Positions 37,306 to 51,029 of a stretch of DNA of 64,000 nt are shown here, piece by piece. A program made the translations under genes and the position numbers. Each line of letters starts with the position of its first letter. Position 1 is the stretch's first letter. Origin of the DNA: Octopus vulgaris (lineage: Eukaryota); the NCBI GenBank assembly GCA_951406725.2, contig OX597814.1, positions 181,660,001 through 181,724,000 on the forward strand, written 5' to 3'. Under the pieces are notes generated by a model. That model saw nothing but the letters and a program-made list of their open reading frames with translations. It ran no database searches and was not told the origin of the DNA.

Positions 37306-40300
37306 AACTTTTTGCACATTCAATCCATTGCTTACACTGGGTACATCTTATGGAGTTTCTACCTACACCTTTTCTACAGATCGAGCAGGGCCACCTACCT
37401 GAGAGGGTGTGTGATGTGTTCGCCTTCCTACTTACTAGAACTTTGGTCTCTACTACATTGACTCTAAAGCCTTTTGATTCTAAACCTTGCTTCCACACCC
37501 GAAATTTCTTTTCTAGTTCTGGTAGTGAGTCTGCTATGAGGGTCAGGTCATCAGCATAGAAGAGCTCCCAGGAGTAACCCATCTTGAATTCCTCTGTTAC
37601 TGCCTGGAGGACTATGATGAATAAAAGGGGACTGAGAGCTGAACCTTGGTGGACCCCTACTTCTACCCAGAATTATTCACTATACTCATTGCCAATCCTA
37701 ATCTCACTAATGGCCTCTCTGCATAGGGCCTGTACAGCGCTTATTAACCATTCGTCAATCCCCAATTTCTGCATCGCCCACCAGATAAGGGATCAGGGGA
37801 CCCTGTCAAAGGCTTTCTCCAAGTCTACAAAAGCTAAGTATAGGGGTTTATCTTTAGCTAGGTATTTCTTCTGCAGTTGTCAAACCAGGAATATAGCATC
37901 AGTAGTGCTTCTGCCCAGCACAAAACCAACCTGCATCTCATATAAGCAGCCTATCTCCCTAATGAGATGAACTATGACCCTCTCCATGACCTTCATCACC
38001 TGATCCAGCAGTCTGATACCTCTGTAATTATTTCTATCTAGAACATCACCTTTACCCTTGTAGCAGTTGACTATGGTACTGCTATGCCAGTCATTGGGTA
38101 TGACTCCATCATGAACTACCTGGTTTACAATGTGGGTGACTAGACCATAGCCCACACCACCAGATGTTTTAAGCATCTCAGCAGTGATTCCTGATGGGCC
38201 GGGGGCTTTTCCTGGCTTCATACCCTTAATTGCTTTATCTACCAGGGAGCTGTCAATTCAGATAGCTGGTCCCTCTACTTGGTCAACATTTTGCAGGCTC
38301 TCCTTCTCCCATTCATTCTCCACATTCAGCAGTCTTTTATAATGGCTTCTCCAAGCCTCTTTCTTTTCCGAATCCTTAAAAGCAAGTACACCATCATTAA
38401 TGCAGACACATTTCTCTCCTGTGACATCACAATTTTCTCTCACACACTGTCTTGCAATCCGAAATACTTCAGTTCTTTGGTCCTCATGTCGCTGGACATT
38501 GGCAAACTTCTTTTTTTCTGCTTCACTCTTGGCTATGTATACCTGCCGCCCAGCCTCCCTTTTGGCTACCTGGTACAGTTCCCTGCTACCCCCTCCCTTC
38601 CAGGCTTTCCAGGCCTGTTTCTTTGCTCTAATGGCTTTGTCTACCATACTATTCCACCACCACGTAACTCTGGATCTGGAAGGGACTTTGCACCATTTAC
38701 AGACTTTGTCTGTGGCACTCAGCAAGCTGTCCCGTAGGAATTTCCAGCTACCTTCTGTGTCTGATGTCTGTAGCTCCTCCTCCCTCTCATCAAATTTCTT
38801 GATGAGGATGTCCCTAAATCTCTGACCATGTGAAGTGTTCTGTAGCTTCCAAATCCTTCTTTTTTGGATTGGTCTGCTTCTTGGTATCCTTCTGGCCTCT
38901 AGCCTAAAGTCACTAATGACTAGCCTATGCTGTGGGGTACATTCTTCGCCTGGGAGGGTCTTTGTACTTAAAAGCAACCCTATGTCCCACTGTCTTGTGA
39001 GGATGAAATCAATCTGGCTAGCAGAGTCCCCTGATTGATAGGTTATCAGGTGGCTGTCTGGTTTCCTGAAGTTAGTGTTGCAGATTAAAAGGTTACATGC
39101 ATCACAGAACTCTAGTAGCCCTTGTCATTTCAGGTACCAATACCATGGCCCCTGTGTACACCAGTGAAGATACTGGATTGCCACCCAACATGCCCATTAA
39201 AATCTCCAGCCACAAAGATGAGGTCATTGCCACTCATCTTTGAGGTAGTCTGTAGAAGGGTATCATGAAAATGGTCCTTCTGATCATTTGGTAGGCCCAC
39301 TTGTGGGATGTAGGCAAAGATAATTGTAGCTGTGCTGTTCTGCAGGACTAGCCTGAACTTAAGCACTCTATTGCATACCCTGACAACCTCTATGACCTTA
39401 TCTACCCATTTCTCTACAAGGAGTATGCCTACACCACCCACTCCATCCATGTTACCGTGCCAGAAGATTTTGTACCAATATGCCTTGCCTGTGAGGACCC
39501 TAGCTGAAGATCCTCTCCATCTTACCTCTTGTATGCAGCATACATCGACACATCTCCTTTCAAGCATCTCTACAATCTCACTAGACCTACCTTTCAGTGT
39601 ACCTACATTGACTGTGCCAACTCTGAAAACTGGGAAAGGAATGTGGGGTGAGGTATGGGGAGGGGAGATGTTATTCAGTGCCTGAAAAGAAGAGGGAGGT
39701 TGTCGTGTTGGTTTTTTTAGGCATGCTTCATCTACTCTCATTTCCAACCTGACATCATTCAAACATTAAAGCATGTTAGGATTAAGATCGTTGCCCCTAC
39801 TATAGGTAGGATTAGGTGTTTTAGGTGTTAGCGGCATTGTGAGTATAATCATTATGGTCATCGTAAGGGTGGGGGTGTATTTCCCTCAGAGAGAGAGGAA
39901 GCAAGTTCATCCATACATACACACAAGCACACACGTACACAGACACAGGCAAACAAGCACACACATACAGTCCATTAGCTGTCTCCTTCATTTGATATAT
40001 GCATGGAAAATTACTGGGTAGTTGTTGGAATATTTCTAGATGGGACAAAATGAAATGAAGGATAGTCAGTTAAGTAGGAGGGCAGCTAACCTAATTGCAA
40101 TTTTCAGCACCAGAGAAGAAGGGAGATTGAGAGAAGAGGTAATGGTGGTGAGAAATTGCTAGACAATGAAATGAAATGAAGGGCAACTGAGTTAGTTGCA
40201 TATGTCCCAGGAGAGAGAGAGGGAGAGAGGAAGAGTGCAGGTAATATATAGAGAACACAGCCCAGTGAGGAGGAGCAGTGGAGAGAAGAGACATCAGGTA

Positions 40301-40550
40301 AGGGTGGTTGGAGGAGAGAGAGATATCCAGTGTAGATGGTGAGCAGATAAAGATAAAGATCAGGGTAAAGATCGAGATATTCGGTATTGGTGGTGGGGGC
40401 GGGACAGTTTAATTTGGGGAAATGGTATGAGGATCTAACGAAAGTAGCAGGAGTGTTTAGTATAGTATACAGTCATAGTGTTCATGGCGGATGAGAAATT
40501 AAAATAGAGAAATGAGGAATAAGAAATTAAACAGGCCAACAGACGAGTAA
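37305..40550 (-). mobile_element. RTE-clade LINE, degenerate and 3'-truncated (APE + RT)
   Basis: GTVNVGTL, CIQEVRW and AGDFNGHVG (APE); WWWN, KAPGPSGITAEMLK, YRGIRLL and FYADDL (RT); several stops and frameshifts; pyrimidine-rich 5' UTR. Confidence 0.92.
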
Positions 40551-41015
40551 TTATCCTAATTTAATTAGCTTCTGATATATATATATAAATGAAAGAATGG
40601 AGTTGAACGACGAATTAACAAAATTCCATTATTCTCGACATATGTTTCGAAGGCTGCATATTCCTAATTTCTGACGTGAATTTGCTATCCAGGTATCGGT
40701 TAACCGAATTATCCATAATAAGATAATTCATTCAACTACTTAAATATATATATATGTATATATAATTTAGATAAAACTTAGATATGTTTCGACCAAAGAT
40801 TGGTCCAGGCCATGTATGTATGTGAATATGTATATATCTCATAATAATGACCTTTATGACTCGTATTACTACCTCTGTCAATCTAAATGTATATATTTGT
40901 CACTACCTGTCATAAATAGCCTTTTTCAATCTGCAATATGCATTTTCATTGATTTTTCATATTTTACCCTTACATTTCCACATGTATTTTATATTTTCTT
41001 TTCGTAACATATTTC

Positions 41016-41067
<52 letters not shown>

Positions 41068-41069
<2 letters not shown>

Positions 41070-41280
41070 TTTTTGTGTTTGGTTTGCAAGATTCTTTATG
41101 TGATTTTGTGTGTTGAAGCATATCTTATTTTGTCTAGGGAGAGTCATTCTCTTTTAGTGCCTAATTAATTTAACGCACTCACCAATTTCCACTCATTTAC
41201 TTATTTATTTTTGCTAAAATTTTCATTGCAACTTGCAACCTTTTCAATAGTTGTTGACTCTGTCCATTATTGGAATTGCA
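41068..41280 (-). mobile_element. (TA)n-adjacent element with U3-A8 variant hammerhead motif
   Basis: Minus 41251-41213: CTA-TTGAAAA-G-GTTGCA-AGT-TGCAAT-GAAA-AT-TT-TAG; partial copy at ~43090. Confidence 0.55.
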
Positions 41281-41329
41281 TTTTTTTTTTGTGTTTTTCA
41301 TATGCATGCGTTTGCTTCAGTGTGCATGC

Positions 41330-42185
41330 ACATACATATATTTATGTATGTATAGGTGTATGTATTTATGTATATATGTGTGTATGTTTGTATGTGTGTT
41401 TATGCATGTATGTGTCTGTGTTTATGTCTGTATGTGTATGTGTGTGCATATATATATGTATGCATGTGTGCATGTTTGTATATATGTATATATTCACTAC
41501 ACTCACAGAGTGGTTGGCATTAGGAAGGGCATCCAGCTGTAGAAACACTGCAAGATCAGACTGGTGCCTGGTGCAGCCTCCTGGCTTCCCAGACTCCGAT
41601 TGAACCGTCCAACCCATGCTAGCATGGAAAACGGACGTTAAACGATGATGATGGTGATGTATGCATGTATGTATGAACTCTGCATGTTTGTGTATATGCA
41701 TGTGTGTGTCCATACATATATATAGGTATGCATGTGTGCATGTTTGTATGTATGTATGTATTCTGCATATCCATGAGCTTGTGTGTTCCTGTTTGTGTGT
41801 TTGTATGTGTGTGTGTGTGTGTGTTTGTGTATTTGATTGTGTACCTTTGTCTCCTTGTGTGTGCATGTTTGAGTGTCTGTATATGGGTTTGTGTGACTCT
41901 TATGTATGTGTGCCTCTTATGTATGGATATCTATCTCCATATGTGTCCTTGTGTGAAGTGCACATGTGTGTATATGGTCATGTGTTTCAGTCTTCATTTG
42001 TATGCATGTATGTGTGTATGTGTGTGTTTGTACCCATCTGTCTATATTACCTATGTACCTGTCTATCTGTATATCTACCTGTCCATACACATATCCATTT
42101 ACCCATATATATATATACATATACATACATTTTATATTTACATACACACATATACACACACACCATACACACACACACCTACATA
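41330..42185. repeat. Degenerate (TG/TA)n microsatellite field with an RTE tail (41495-41660)
   Basis: Low-complexity sequence that explains the spurious CV/HT/YI ORFs. Confidence 0.85.
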
Positions 42186-42244
42186 ACGGCCTACTATCAA
42201 CACTGTCTATGTATATATAAACTGTGGATATTGGGGTATGACAC

Positions 42245-42514
42245 CTACGTATATTTCCTATTTAGTACTGGGCATGTTTCATTAATGATGATGTACTCTT
42301 GTACTTGTCTGAGTGTTGGGTCCTTCAGGCGCTTGGATAAAATGCAGATGTCAAGTTGACCCAGTGTGCCTTGTTGGTCTTTGGCATGTTGGTAGAGTAT
42401 GGAGGATTGTTTTTTGTTGTCATATTGTCTCAGATGTTCATTTAGTCTCTCCGCAATAGTCCTAGATGTCTCACCTATGTATATTATGTTCTTGTCTTTA
42501 CAAGCACTCTCCAT
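42245..42514 (-). mobile_element. GIY-YIG endonuclease fragment, Penelope-like
   Basis: C...IIYIGETSRTIAERLNEH...SSILYQH...LRQVQEYIII....PVLN. Confidence 0.8.
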
Positions 42515-43609
42515 GCCCCTTATGCTGTATTCTCAAAATGATACATCCTACATAGCTGTGATCTGATGGAGCTCCTTGGCTACCAAATCTACTCATAAAG
42601 GGTTTGGTTGGTGGGACTGAACCTGAAACCTTGCGGTTGGGAAACAAGCTTCTTACCACATAGTCACACCAGGATTGACAAAACTATAAGAGGATTAAGA
42701 AAGATGTCTTGCAGTAATCTGCTCCCATTCTTTGTGTTCTGTCAGCAACGACTGCAATGACAATGCTATTGAATTGTACTAATCCAAGTTGGTAACTTTC
42801 CCTTAAATAAACATTGATGGCCTTTCCTTTGAATAGACATCAGTAAGAGAAGACTTGCATATATAGAGCAATTGTTAGTTTTCCTCAACAAACTCTTGTT
42901 TAGGCTTGCATATACATGTACAAAAGCTTAGTCGACCTTGACTAATGTAGACCCTAGAAGATAATGATCATGAATGTAAACATATAAATGTTTTTAATAG
43001 CAACAATAACTCTGTGGGGAAGGCTGTTGTTTTAATTTTTAATTGCAATTTACCCCAATATCAGATTACTTGTCTGAAAACAGCTATTGTTGTTTTTGCA
43101 TTTGGTTTGCAAGATTCTTGTGTGTTGAAATAGATTTCAGTGCATCTCGAATGGTTGTTATAACAATAATTAACATCTGCGTTGGTTCTGTTTCACTTCT
43201 TTTATTAATATTGGTCGTTAGTTAACCTTTTAACCAGTTAACTATTCAATTGTTTGATAAATCATTCAGTCAATCAACCAATCAGCTTGATCTATCAAAG
43301 TCCTTTGGTCACTATTCATAACCTCAATAAAGACTATTCTAAGTTTGTCTGCCTGTCTCTTATTGTACTATTCTTGTATTCTACTTTATTTAACTCTTTT
43401 ACTAGTTTCATCCCTTTGACTGTGGCTATGCTGTAGCACCAGCTTCTATGTGTCATCAATACATTGACCCTAATACATAATTTCTTGATCAGTACTTACA
43501 TTATTCTATCAACCTCAGAAGAGTGCAAAGCAAAATTGATTGAACTCAAACCATGGAATAACCTAACTGAATTCCACAAAGATTTTCTTTTCTTTGATGC
43601 TCTACCAAT

Positions 43610-43840
43610 CTTATTTCTTTATTGCCCACAAGGGCTAAACATAGAGAGGACAAACAAGGACAGACAAAGGGATTAGGTCAATTACATCGACCTTCATATG
43701 TAACTGGTACTTAATTTATCAACCCTGAAAGGATGAAAGGTAAAGTTGACCTCGGTGGAATTTGAACTCAGAACATAACGGCAGACGAAATACCGCTAAG
43801 CACTTCGCCCCTCGTGCTAACATTTCTGCCAGCTCTGCCA
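43610..43840 (-). mobile_element. MetaSINE
   Basis: Full-length family match. Confidence 0.8.
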
Positions 43841-44889
43841 ACCATTAACCTATCCTGCAGATAGTATTGTGAGGTTTTTTGAGGATTTATTTTGTTTCTG
43901 TTTATTTATTGAACCTATTCCATTTCACTTTTGCTTCAAATAACTCAAGGAGAAGCAGGAACTTCACAACTTCCAATGTCTCTGAAACCACCACCATCAT
44001 CATCACTACCACTATAATAAGATAGAAAATATACGTCTTCCATACTGGCATAGGTTGGATGGTTTGATAAGAGCTGGCAAGGCCAGGAGCTGCACCAGGC
44101 TCCATTGTCTGTTTTGGCATCATTTTCTACAGCTGGATGCTCTTCCTAATGCCAACCACTTTACAGAGTGTTCAGGGTGCTTTTTATGTGGCACCAGCAC
44201 TAACAGGGTCACCAAGCACCTTGTAAGATAAAAAAGCCCTCAACTAGGAGGAGGAAGTAGTACTGAGTGTGTTGGTGTGGCTGGCTTTGTAACAGTTGAA
44301 AAATTAAGGGTATAGAGAGAGACAGTGATAGGTGTTTTTCAGTAGAGTAGATACATGGATACCCAAGTTAGAAAAGAAAGGAGAGTGAGTGAGTTAAAAA
44401 GTAAAATAAAGAGAAAAGATGTGTTAGTATATGTCCTTGTGGGACACTGGGGGTGATGAGTGGACTGGATTAATGAACAGGATAGTAGTGAATGAAGCAA
44501 GTAATAAAAAGAAATATAGGAGAGACTCAAGGTGGGTGGGGCTGCAGTAGATGTGTGAGGGCATTGAGGGTGATAGAAAATAAGTGAGGTGTTAATGATG
44601 GAGTGAGAAGACACAGAAAGAAGGTGATTGGTGGAGACAGTAGGCAAGGGAAGTTAATGGGACACAGAAGTGGTTCAGGGTAGAGGAAGAAAGGTAACTG
44701 AGAAAACAGGAGGATGTTGTATGTGCTTGTTCTGCTCTCAATTAGCTATTATACATTTATTGCAGTAATTAACAAAATAATTATTTAATAAATAATAAAT
44801 AATTAAATAATTAAATAAAATTAAGAAAATATGAAGTATGCCATAATAATAATTTAATAATCTTATATAATTTTAATTTATAAATACCT

Positions 44890-45611
44890 TGTAATTTACT
44901 CCTCCAGCTGTTTATGGCTGGCCAAGATCATTCTGCCCAGCGTGCAGCAGGACATCAATGTCTTGCTGGGGTTCAGCATCATGATCAGGCCAACCAAGGT
45001 GGGGGACTCCCCTACATGCAGTAGTAGCATGTTGTCAATAAACAGGCCTACAATCCTTCTGTTCACCATAGACTGATGGACGCCATGTGGGGCCATGGGT
45101 TCTGAAACTCCAGGCTTTCAACCTGAGCAACCTCTGCCTCACCCACAGCTGTTGCAGACTCCTAAACAGGCCCTTCATCCTCAGATCAAACAAAAATGTC
45201 TTTACCTTCCATAACAAAAACTGATAACTTAATAAGCTGATAATGTACACTACTATCGCTGACACTGTAAGACTGTCTTTAGTGTGACAACGTCGTGAGT
45301 GAACACAACTCAAAACTGCAGAATTACACAATGTTGCTCAGCTAGCTGCTACTGCATTAACCAATCACATTTTGTCATATGTACACATAGTCAGCCAATA
45401 GCATGCCTGATGGACTTTTCAAGACATGCCCACAACAGATGGGAACAAATGTATGAATTTTGTTAGAGGACTTACAGTTAATGGAACTAAAATTAGCGGA
45501 AGCTAATTGGTCTGCTAATGGTTTCCAAATTTAGTGAAAACGCTAATCCGCTATATGCAAAGGTAGCTTCATTAATTAGCTGTTAGCAGATTAGCAGAAC
45601 TGTGCCCACCA

Positions 45612-45613
<2 letters not shown>
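44890..45613 (-). mobile_element. Possible hAT-like DNA transposon 5' remnant
   Basis: Subterminal TTAGC(G/A)GA repeats ending GTGCCCACC; decayed frame containing NPWPHM, resembling a BED-finger start. Confidence 0.35.
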
Positions 45614-45644
<31 letters not shown>

Positions 45645-45647
<3 letters not shown>

Positions 45648-45942
45648 CATCCGAACGTGGCCAATGCCAGCACTGCCTTGGCTGGCTTCCATGCCAGCGG
45701 CACATAAAAAGCACCAACTGATCATGGCTATTGCCAGCCTCCTCTGGCCCCTGTGCTGGTGGCACGTAAAAAGCACCAACTACACTCACAGAGTGGTTGG
45801 CATTAGGAAGGGCATCCAGCTGTAGAAATACTGCCAGATCAGTCTGGGCCTGGTGCAGCCTCCTGACCTCCCAAAACCTGGTCGAACTGTCCAACCCATG
45901 CTAGCATGGAAAACGGACGTTAAATGATGATGATGATGATGT
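45645..45942 (+). mobile_element. RTE 3'-tail copy
   Basis: Family match ending in (GAT)n. Confidence 0.8.
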
Positions 45943-46579
45943 ACAATACTTTCCAGTATTTACTCAGACACATTGAGGTTGGTTCATGCCTGGTCAACTT
46001 CGATTTTTCTTCATCCTTGAATAGTTAACAAAATAAGTATCATTAATATATTGGAATCAATATATTTGACAATATCACCCATCTACCCCCATTAACCTAA
46101 ATACACACACACACACACACATATTCACACACACACACACACACACACACCTTTCCAACATTTGTCCATCTGGCAATTCAAAAAGTAATGTTGTACTGCA
46201 GTGCATTACACATGAATATACATCAATTTGGTCATGCCTTACTATGCTGACCTTTACTAAGAAAATGACGATGATGGTGATTGAGGTGCTGGTGACGTGG
46301 TTCTGGTGATTGTAGTGATGGTGATAGTGGTGGTAGTGGCAGTGTTGGAAGGGGCAGCTGTGGAGGCAGTGGCAGTGGAATATTGGGCAGGGGAGTCCCA
46401 TGTGTGGGGTGGAGGAGTGGTAGCGAGGTGAATAACAGTGTTAGTGGTGGTACCAGTGACAGTAGTGGCAATGGTGGTGACAACAATGACAATTATGATA
46501 ATGAGTATGTTGATGATGATGATGCTTTCTATTCATTTTTCTATGCCTGCATGTGCATCCACATATGCTTATATGTTCA

Positions 46580-47722
46580 TACAAGGGTGGGCTGAAACGG
46601 TCATTGGCCAACTATGAAGGAGTGATGCTAGAGCTGTGAAATCTTGCATGTATTCATTTCAACCCTTCTTATTAATAACTGCATTGTTTCTTTCCATGTA
46701 AACCGACATCTGACTGTTCAAAGGAGACTTCACAAGTAACTGGTAGTGACTTCTCTTGAAAATCACTAAAAATTGGTATTGTGGCATTATCAAGCACCTG
46801 TAGAAAAAGGGCTTAGCCCCTAACAGCATTCATGCTGACATGGTTGCTACATGAAACTCCAGTTTTATAAATAGTGCAAAAGTAGGCAGCTGAATTTAGG
46901 AGAAGAGCACAATCTTGAAAATGTCTGGATATCCTGAAGCTACCATCACTGAAGAAAGCATTGATAGTATTCAACAAATGGTGATGGATGATAGATGATT
47001 GACTATAAATCAAATAGACATGCTATTACCAGATTCTGTGAAAGAGTTGAGAATATTCTGCACAATGAACTTGGCAGGATGAAGGTTTCTGCTCAGTGGG
47101 TTCCATGTCTTCTGACACCTGATCAAAAGTGCACCAGGCTGTTCACATCACAGGAAAATGACACCGTTTCAGGCAGATCCAGCTGGTTTCCTTGAATGTT
47201 TCCTAAGTCGGGATGAGTGTTGGGTTCATCTCTTTGAGCCAGAGAAAAAAAAGACAGTCCATGCCGTGGAAACACCCATACCTCACCAGGTTCAAAGAAG
47301 GCCAAGGTCATTTCATCTGCAGGGAAGATGATGGCCTCAGTTTTTTGAGATACAAAAGGCATTGTGTTTATTGACTATCTTCAAAAGGGCCACACTATCA
47401 ATGGCATCTCCTGTGCCAACTTGCTGAGGTAGTTATGAAAAGCTATCAAGACCAAATGCCCAGGAAAACTGACAAAAGGGGTCTTGTTTCATTAGTCCTT
47501 GGTTTCAATGGCTACTGTGTATGACTATGGCTTTGAACTGGTTGATCACCCTCCTTTTTCTCCTGATTGGCCCCATCTGCCTATCATCTGTTCCCCAACA
47601 GGAAAAAACACTTGACTGGGAACCAGTATTGCATTGATGATGACATTGTATCTGCTTTCGATGACTTTTTTGACCAACAGGATGAAAGCTTCTTCACCAA
47701 TGGGACCCGAGTATTGCAACAC
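46580..47722 (+). mobile_element. Degenerate mariner lacking its right end
   Basis: TA-CAAGGGTGGGCTGAAA start; KVSAQWVPCLLTPDQK; GKMMASVF*D; HPPFSPD..PS.YHLFP. Confidence 0.85.
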
Positions 47723-47727
47723 CAATG

Positions 47728-47987
47728 AACATTGGCAAACTTCTTTTCTGCTTCACTCTTGGCTATGTATACCTGCCACCCAGCCTCCCTTTTGGCCACT
47801 TGGTACAGTTCCCTGCTACCCCCACCCTTCCAGGCTTTCCAGGCCTGTTTCTTTGCTCTAATGGCTTTGTCTACCGTACTATTCTACCAATACGTACCTC
47901 TTGGTCTGGAAGGGACTTTGCACCATCCACAGACTTGGTCTGTGTCACTCTGCAAGCTGTCCCGTAGGAATTTCCAGCTACCTTCTA
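47728..47987 (-). mobile_element. Internal RTE fragment homologous to 38496-38757
   Basis: Near-identical sequence (AKREAGxQVYIAKSEAEKKFANV). Confidence 0.85.
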
Positions 47988-49303
47988 TGAATAGTACATA
48001 GTACCTTCTCGGTACTATTCATTTTTACCAGCTGAGTGGACTGGAGCAACATGAAATAAAGTGTCTTGCTCAAGGAATTGAACTCACAACTTTATGATCA
48101 TGAACCAAATACCTTAACCACTAAGCCACGTACCTTCAGTCTAAAGGTATATCTTGTCTTTTAGCCAATACAGTAAGGTAAATGAAAACAGATATTTGGT
48201 TTGTGAAGTGTTCATTGACAAATAAAGCAACTTCAATTTATTCAAATTTGCTATTGAGTGCATTAATAATTAATTAATTGAATAAGTCCTCAGCATTGTA
48301 AGAAAAACACTTATGCAAATTAAATTTACCAGTTTAGCATTGCCATATAAATTGCTGTTAGCTATATTCTTTTTATGAATAAAAGAGACAAGTACTGGCT
48401 TCTGAAGAAAGTCCCAAAAAGTATTGAAACCAGGCCTTTTCTGTCCTCAAAAAATCTTGTGCTCTTCTACAAAGGCAATCTGTTGCCACTCCTCCCAAGA
48501 AAAATCTAGTGTACTAGCATTCTGGTCTACTAGAAACTCTTAACCAACAATGCTATTGTGCACCAATTGTCATAAGTAATAACAAGTGAGTGTGTGTGTA
48601 TGTATGCATGTATGCATGTATGCATGTGTGTATGTATGTATTGTATGTATGTATGTATGTATTGTATGTATGTATTGTATGTATGTATAAGTTTATGTGT
48701 GCCTGTCTGTTTATTTTTACAAGAGTTGCTTAGTTACTTAACAAGTTAGTATGTCCTGTATTTTAAATAGCTCCAGGATATTATGCTTTTGTATGACAAA
48801 TAACATTTGATCACACTGGAAATGTTATTTAACTAAACAAAGCCTCTTCATGAATAGCATGTTCTTCAAGGAATGGTGTGGCAAAGTTCAAGTCAACATA
48901 AGATTTGAAAGGAAATTCCGTTAGCCAATCTGTTACATAAAGTAATTTGAATTGTGATTACAATGTTTTATTGTATGAATGAATGTATAAAAAGTAACAA
49001 AACACCAATCCCACACATTACTGGTGGCAGTAGCAGTGATAGCAACACCAGCAGAAGAGGAAAGGAAGAAAGGGAACTTGAGAGAGGGGGAAAATAAAGG
49101 AACATTTATAGCACACAGCTACTACTCTATTGTTGCTTAGCCTCAAATCAACAATAACCCAGCAGCCCCTGATCTAAAGTGTTTTGTTGGTAATTTTTTT
49201 TTTTTTGTATTCAGCCATAGTGTATCTAGGGCTATAGTATTAATGTCTTTTATAAGATGATAGGGTATGGCTTATGGGAGATATGGCTGCTATTTCTTGT
49301 ATA

Positions 49304-49535
49304 AGGCGGCGAGCTGGCAGAAACGTTAGCAGGCTGAGTGAAATGCGTAGCAGTATTTTGTCTGCTGTTACGTTCTGAGTTCAAATTCCGCCGAGGTCGA
49401 CTTTGCCTTTCATCCTTTTGAGGTCGATAAATTAAGTACCAGTTTCGCACTGGGGTCGATGTAATCGACTTAATCCCTTTGTCTGTCCTTGTTTGTCTCC
49501 TCTATGTTTAGCCCCTTGTAGGTAATAAAGAAATA
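49304..49535 (+). mobile_element. MetaSINE with probable TSD
   Basis: Full unit flanked by TATTTCTTGTA on both sides. Confidence 0.85.
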
Positions 49536-49782
49536 TATTTCTTGTAAAGGTGCATGGACTAATAGATAGGGTGTTCAGTTCATGATCATATGATCGTTAG
49601 TTCAATTCCTGGACCAGGCAGTGCATTGTGTCTTTAAGCCAGACACTTCACTTCATGTTGCTCCAGTCCACTCAGCTGTAATGAACACCATCTAGGTACA
49701 GGTACAACCCCCTCTCCTTTCATCAGTCACATTCTGGGTGATCTACTGAGTCAAAAGTGAGGAGCTGAGAAGGTGTTCAAAT

Positions 49783-50092
49783 ATTGTTTGTTTGTTCCTT
49801 CTCGAGCCATCCCTGGCTCATTAGGGCTGGTTTCCCAGTTTCCTTGGTGTATAGGTTCCCCACCTGGATGAGACACCGGTCCATCGCAGGTGAGTTGCAA
49901 GATGCAGGAGGAAAGAGTGAGAGAAAGTTGTGGTGAAAGAGTCAGCAGAAGTTTGCCATTACCTTCTGCCAGAGCTGCATGGAGCTTAGGTGTTTCGCTC
50001 ATAAACACACACATTGCCCGGTCTAAGATTCGAACCTATGATCCCTCGACTGCAAGTTCGCTGCTCTAACCAGTAGGCCATGTGCCTCCACT
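49783..50092 (-). mobile_element. tRNA-derived SINE, further family
   Basis: TGGCCTACTGGTTAGAGC A-box, GGTTCGAATC B-box, CCTGCGATGGACC..CATCCAGG domain, (AAAC)n tail. Confidence 0.75.
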
Positions 50093-51029
50093 GTTCAAAT
50101 ATAACAAGCATCTAAAATAATCAGTGAAAGCATGGTACATGTTATCAAGCTTACAGTACTGTAAAGATAGCTGAACTGTACTGTACTTTACTAGTTACTT
50201 TTCCTAGAAAATTGAGTAACATTAAGGAGGGACCCTCAAATGTGGCATCTGAGTATTGCTCAGTTCTGTAACAGCTAGTGTCCCATAAGTAGGGAAGCAT
50301 TTGACATTATATTAAAGCTTTAGATACTGCCTTACTTGTGAGACACCTAGTCTATAAAGATCACACTCCAAAGCTGGACAAAAATGACATTCTGAACCAA
50401 TAAAATATTGTTAGGTTTCTTTCAGATCTAGAAAATATGTTATTCTGGGTAGAGAAAAGAAACTGGTTCCACTTATTCAATCATTGATAATTAAGGATGA
50501 TGCTCATTAGTTACAACTCAATAGCAGAATGAACAACACAACATAACCACTTTGTGTACCAACTGCTTCATTACTATGTTAGTAACAACATAACATAAAC
50601 ACACACTTCTTTTGTGGACAAAAGTATCAACAAACTTCTACATGAATCAGGTTAACTTCACTCTATGACTACACACACACACACAACGGACATGCCTCTC
50701 CTGCTCTTTCCTTTCAAACTTTCTTTAAGCATCTACTTAAGTGCTATAAGAAATATGCAAATGCTTGATAGATATTTTTTTGCAGATGTCAAATGATTAA
50801 CAGCTAAGCTACAAATAGGGATTGCTCTTTATAAGATCAATACTCTCCTTTGTATAGAGAAACTTCACAGACACTTTAAAACATATGTGTAACTCAAAAA
50901 AATTATTGCTTACTTAAGCTCATTTAGCCACAGAACCCTGTAGAATTGATGACTTTAAATAGATTAGATTGTTCTGAAAATAATGGCCAATTTCAGAAAC
51001 AAATATTCTGGAAAAATTGACAATAGAAT

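Noticed and set aside
40590-40815. Two further half-hammerheads on the minus strand (GAAACATATGTC; GGTCGAAACATATC), and one at ~61470-61500 (GAAACCAATGGTA)
   Set aside because: Only the GAAA/stem III half is visible, with no CUGAnGA partner; probably truncated PLE tails, so not called.
41211-42359. Long ORFs up to 232 aa rich in C/V/Y/H/T (also 31927-33478)
   Set aside because: Translations of dinucleotide microsatellites.
50200-50640. Possible decayed L2/CR1 RT fragment
   Set aside because: Only a faint SDL..W..NLV resemblance; too degraded to call.
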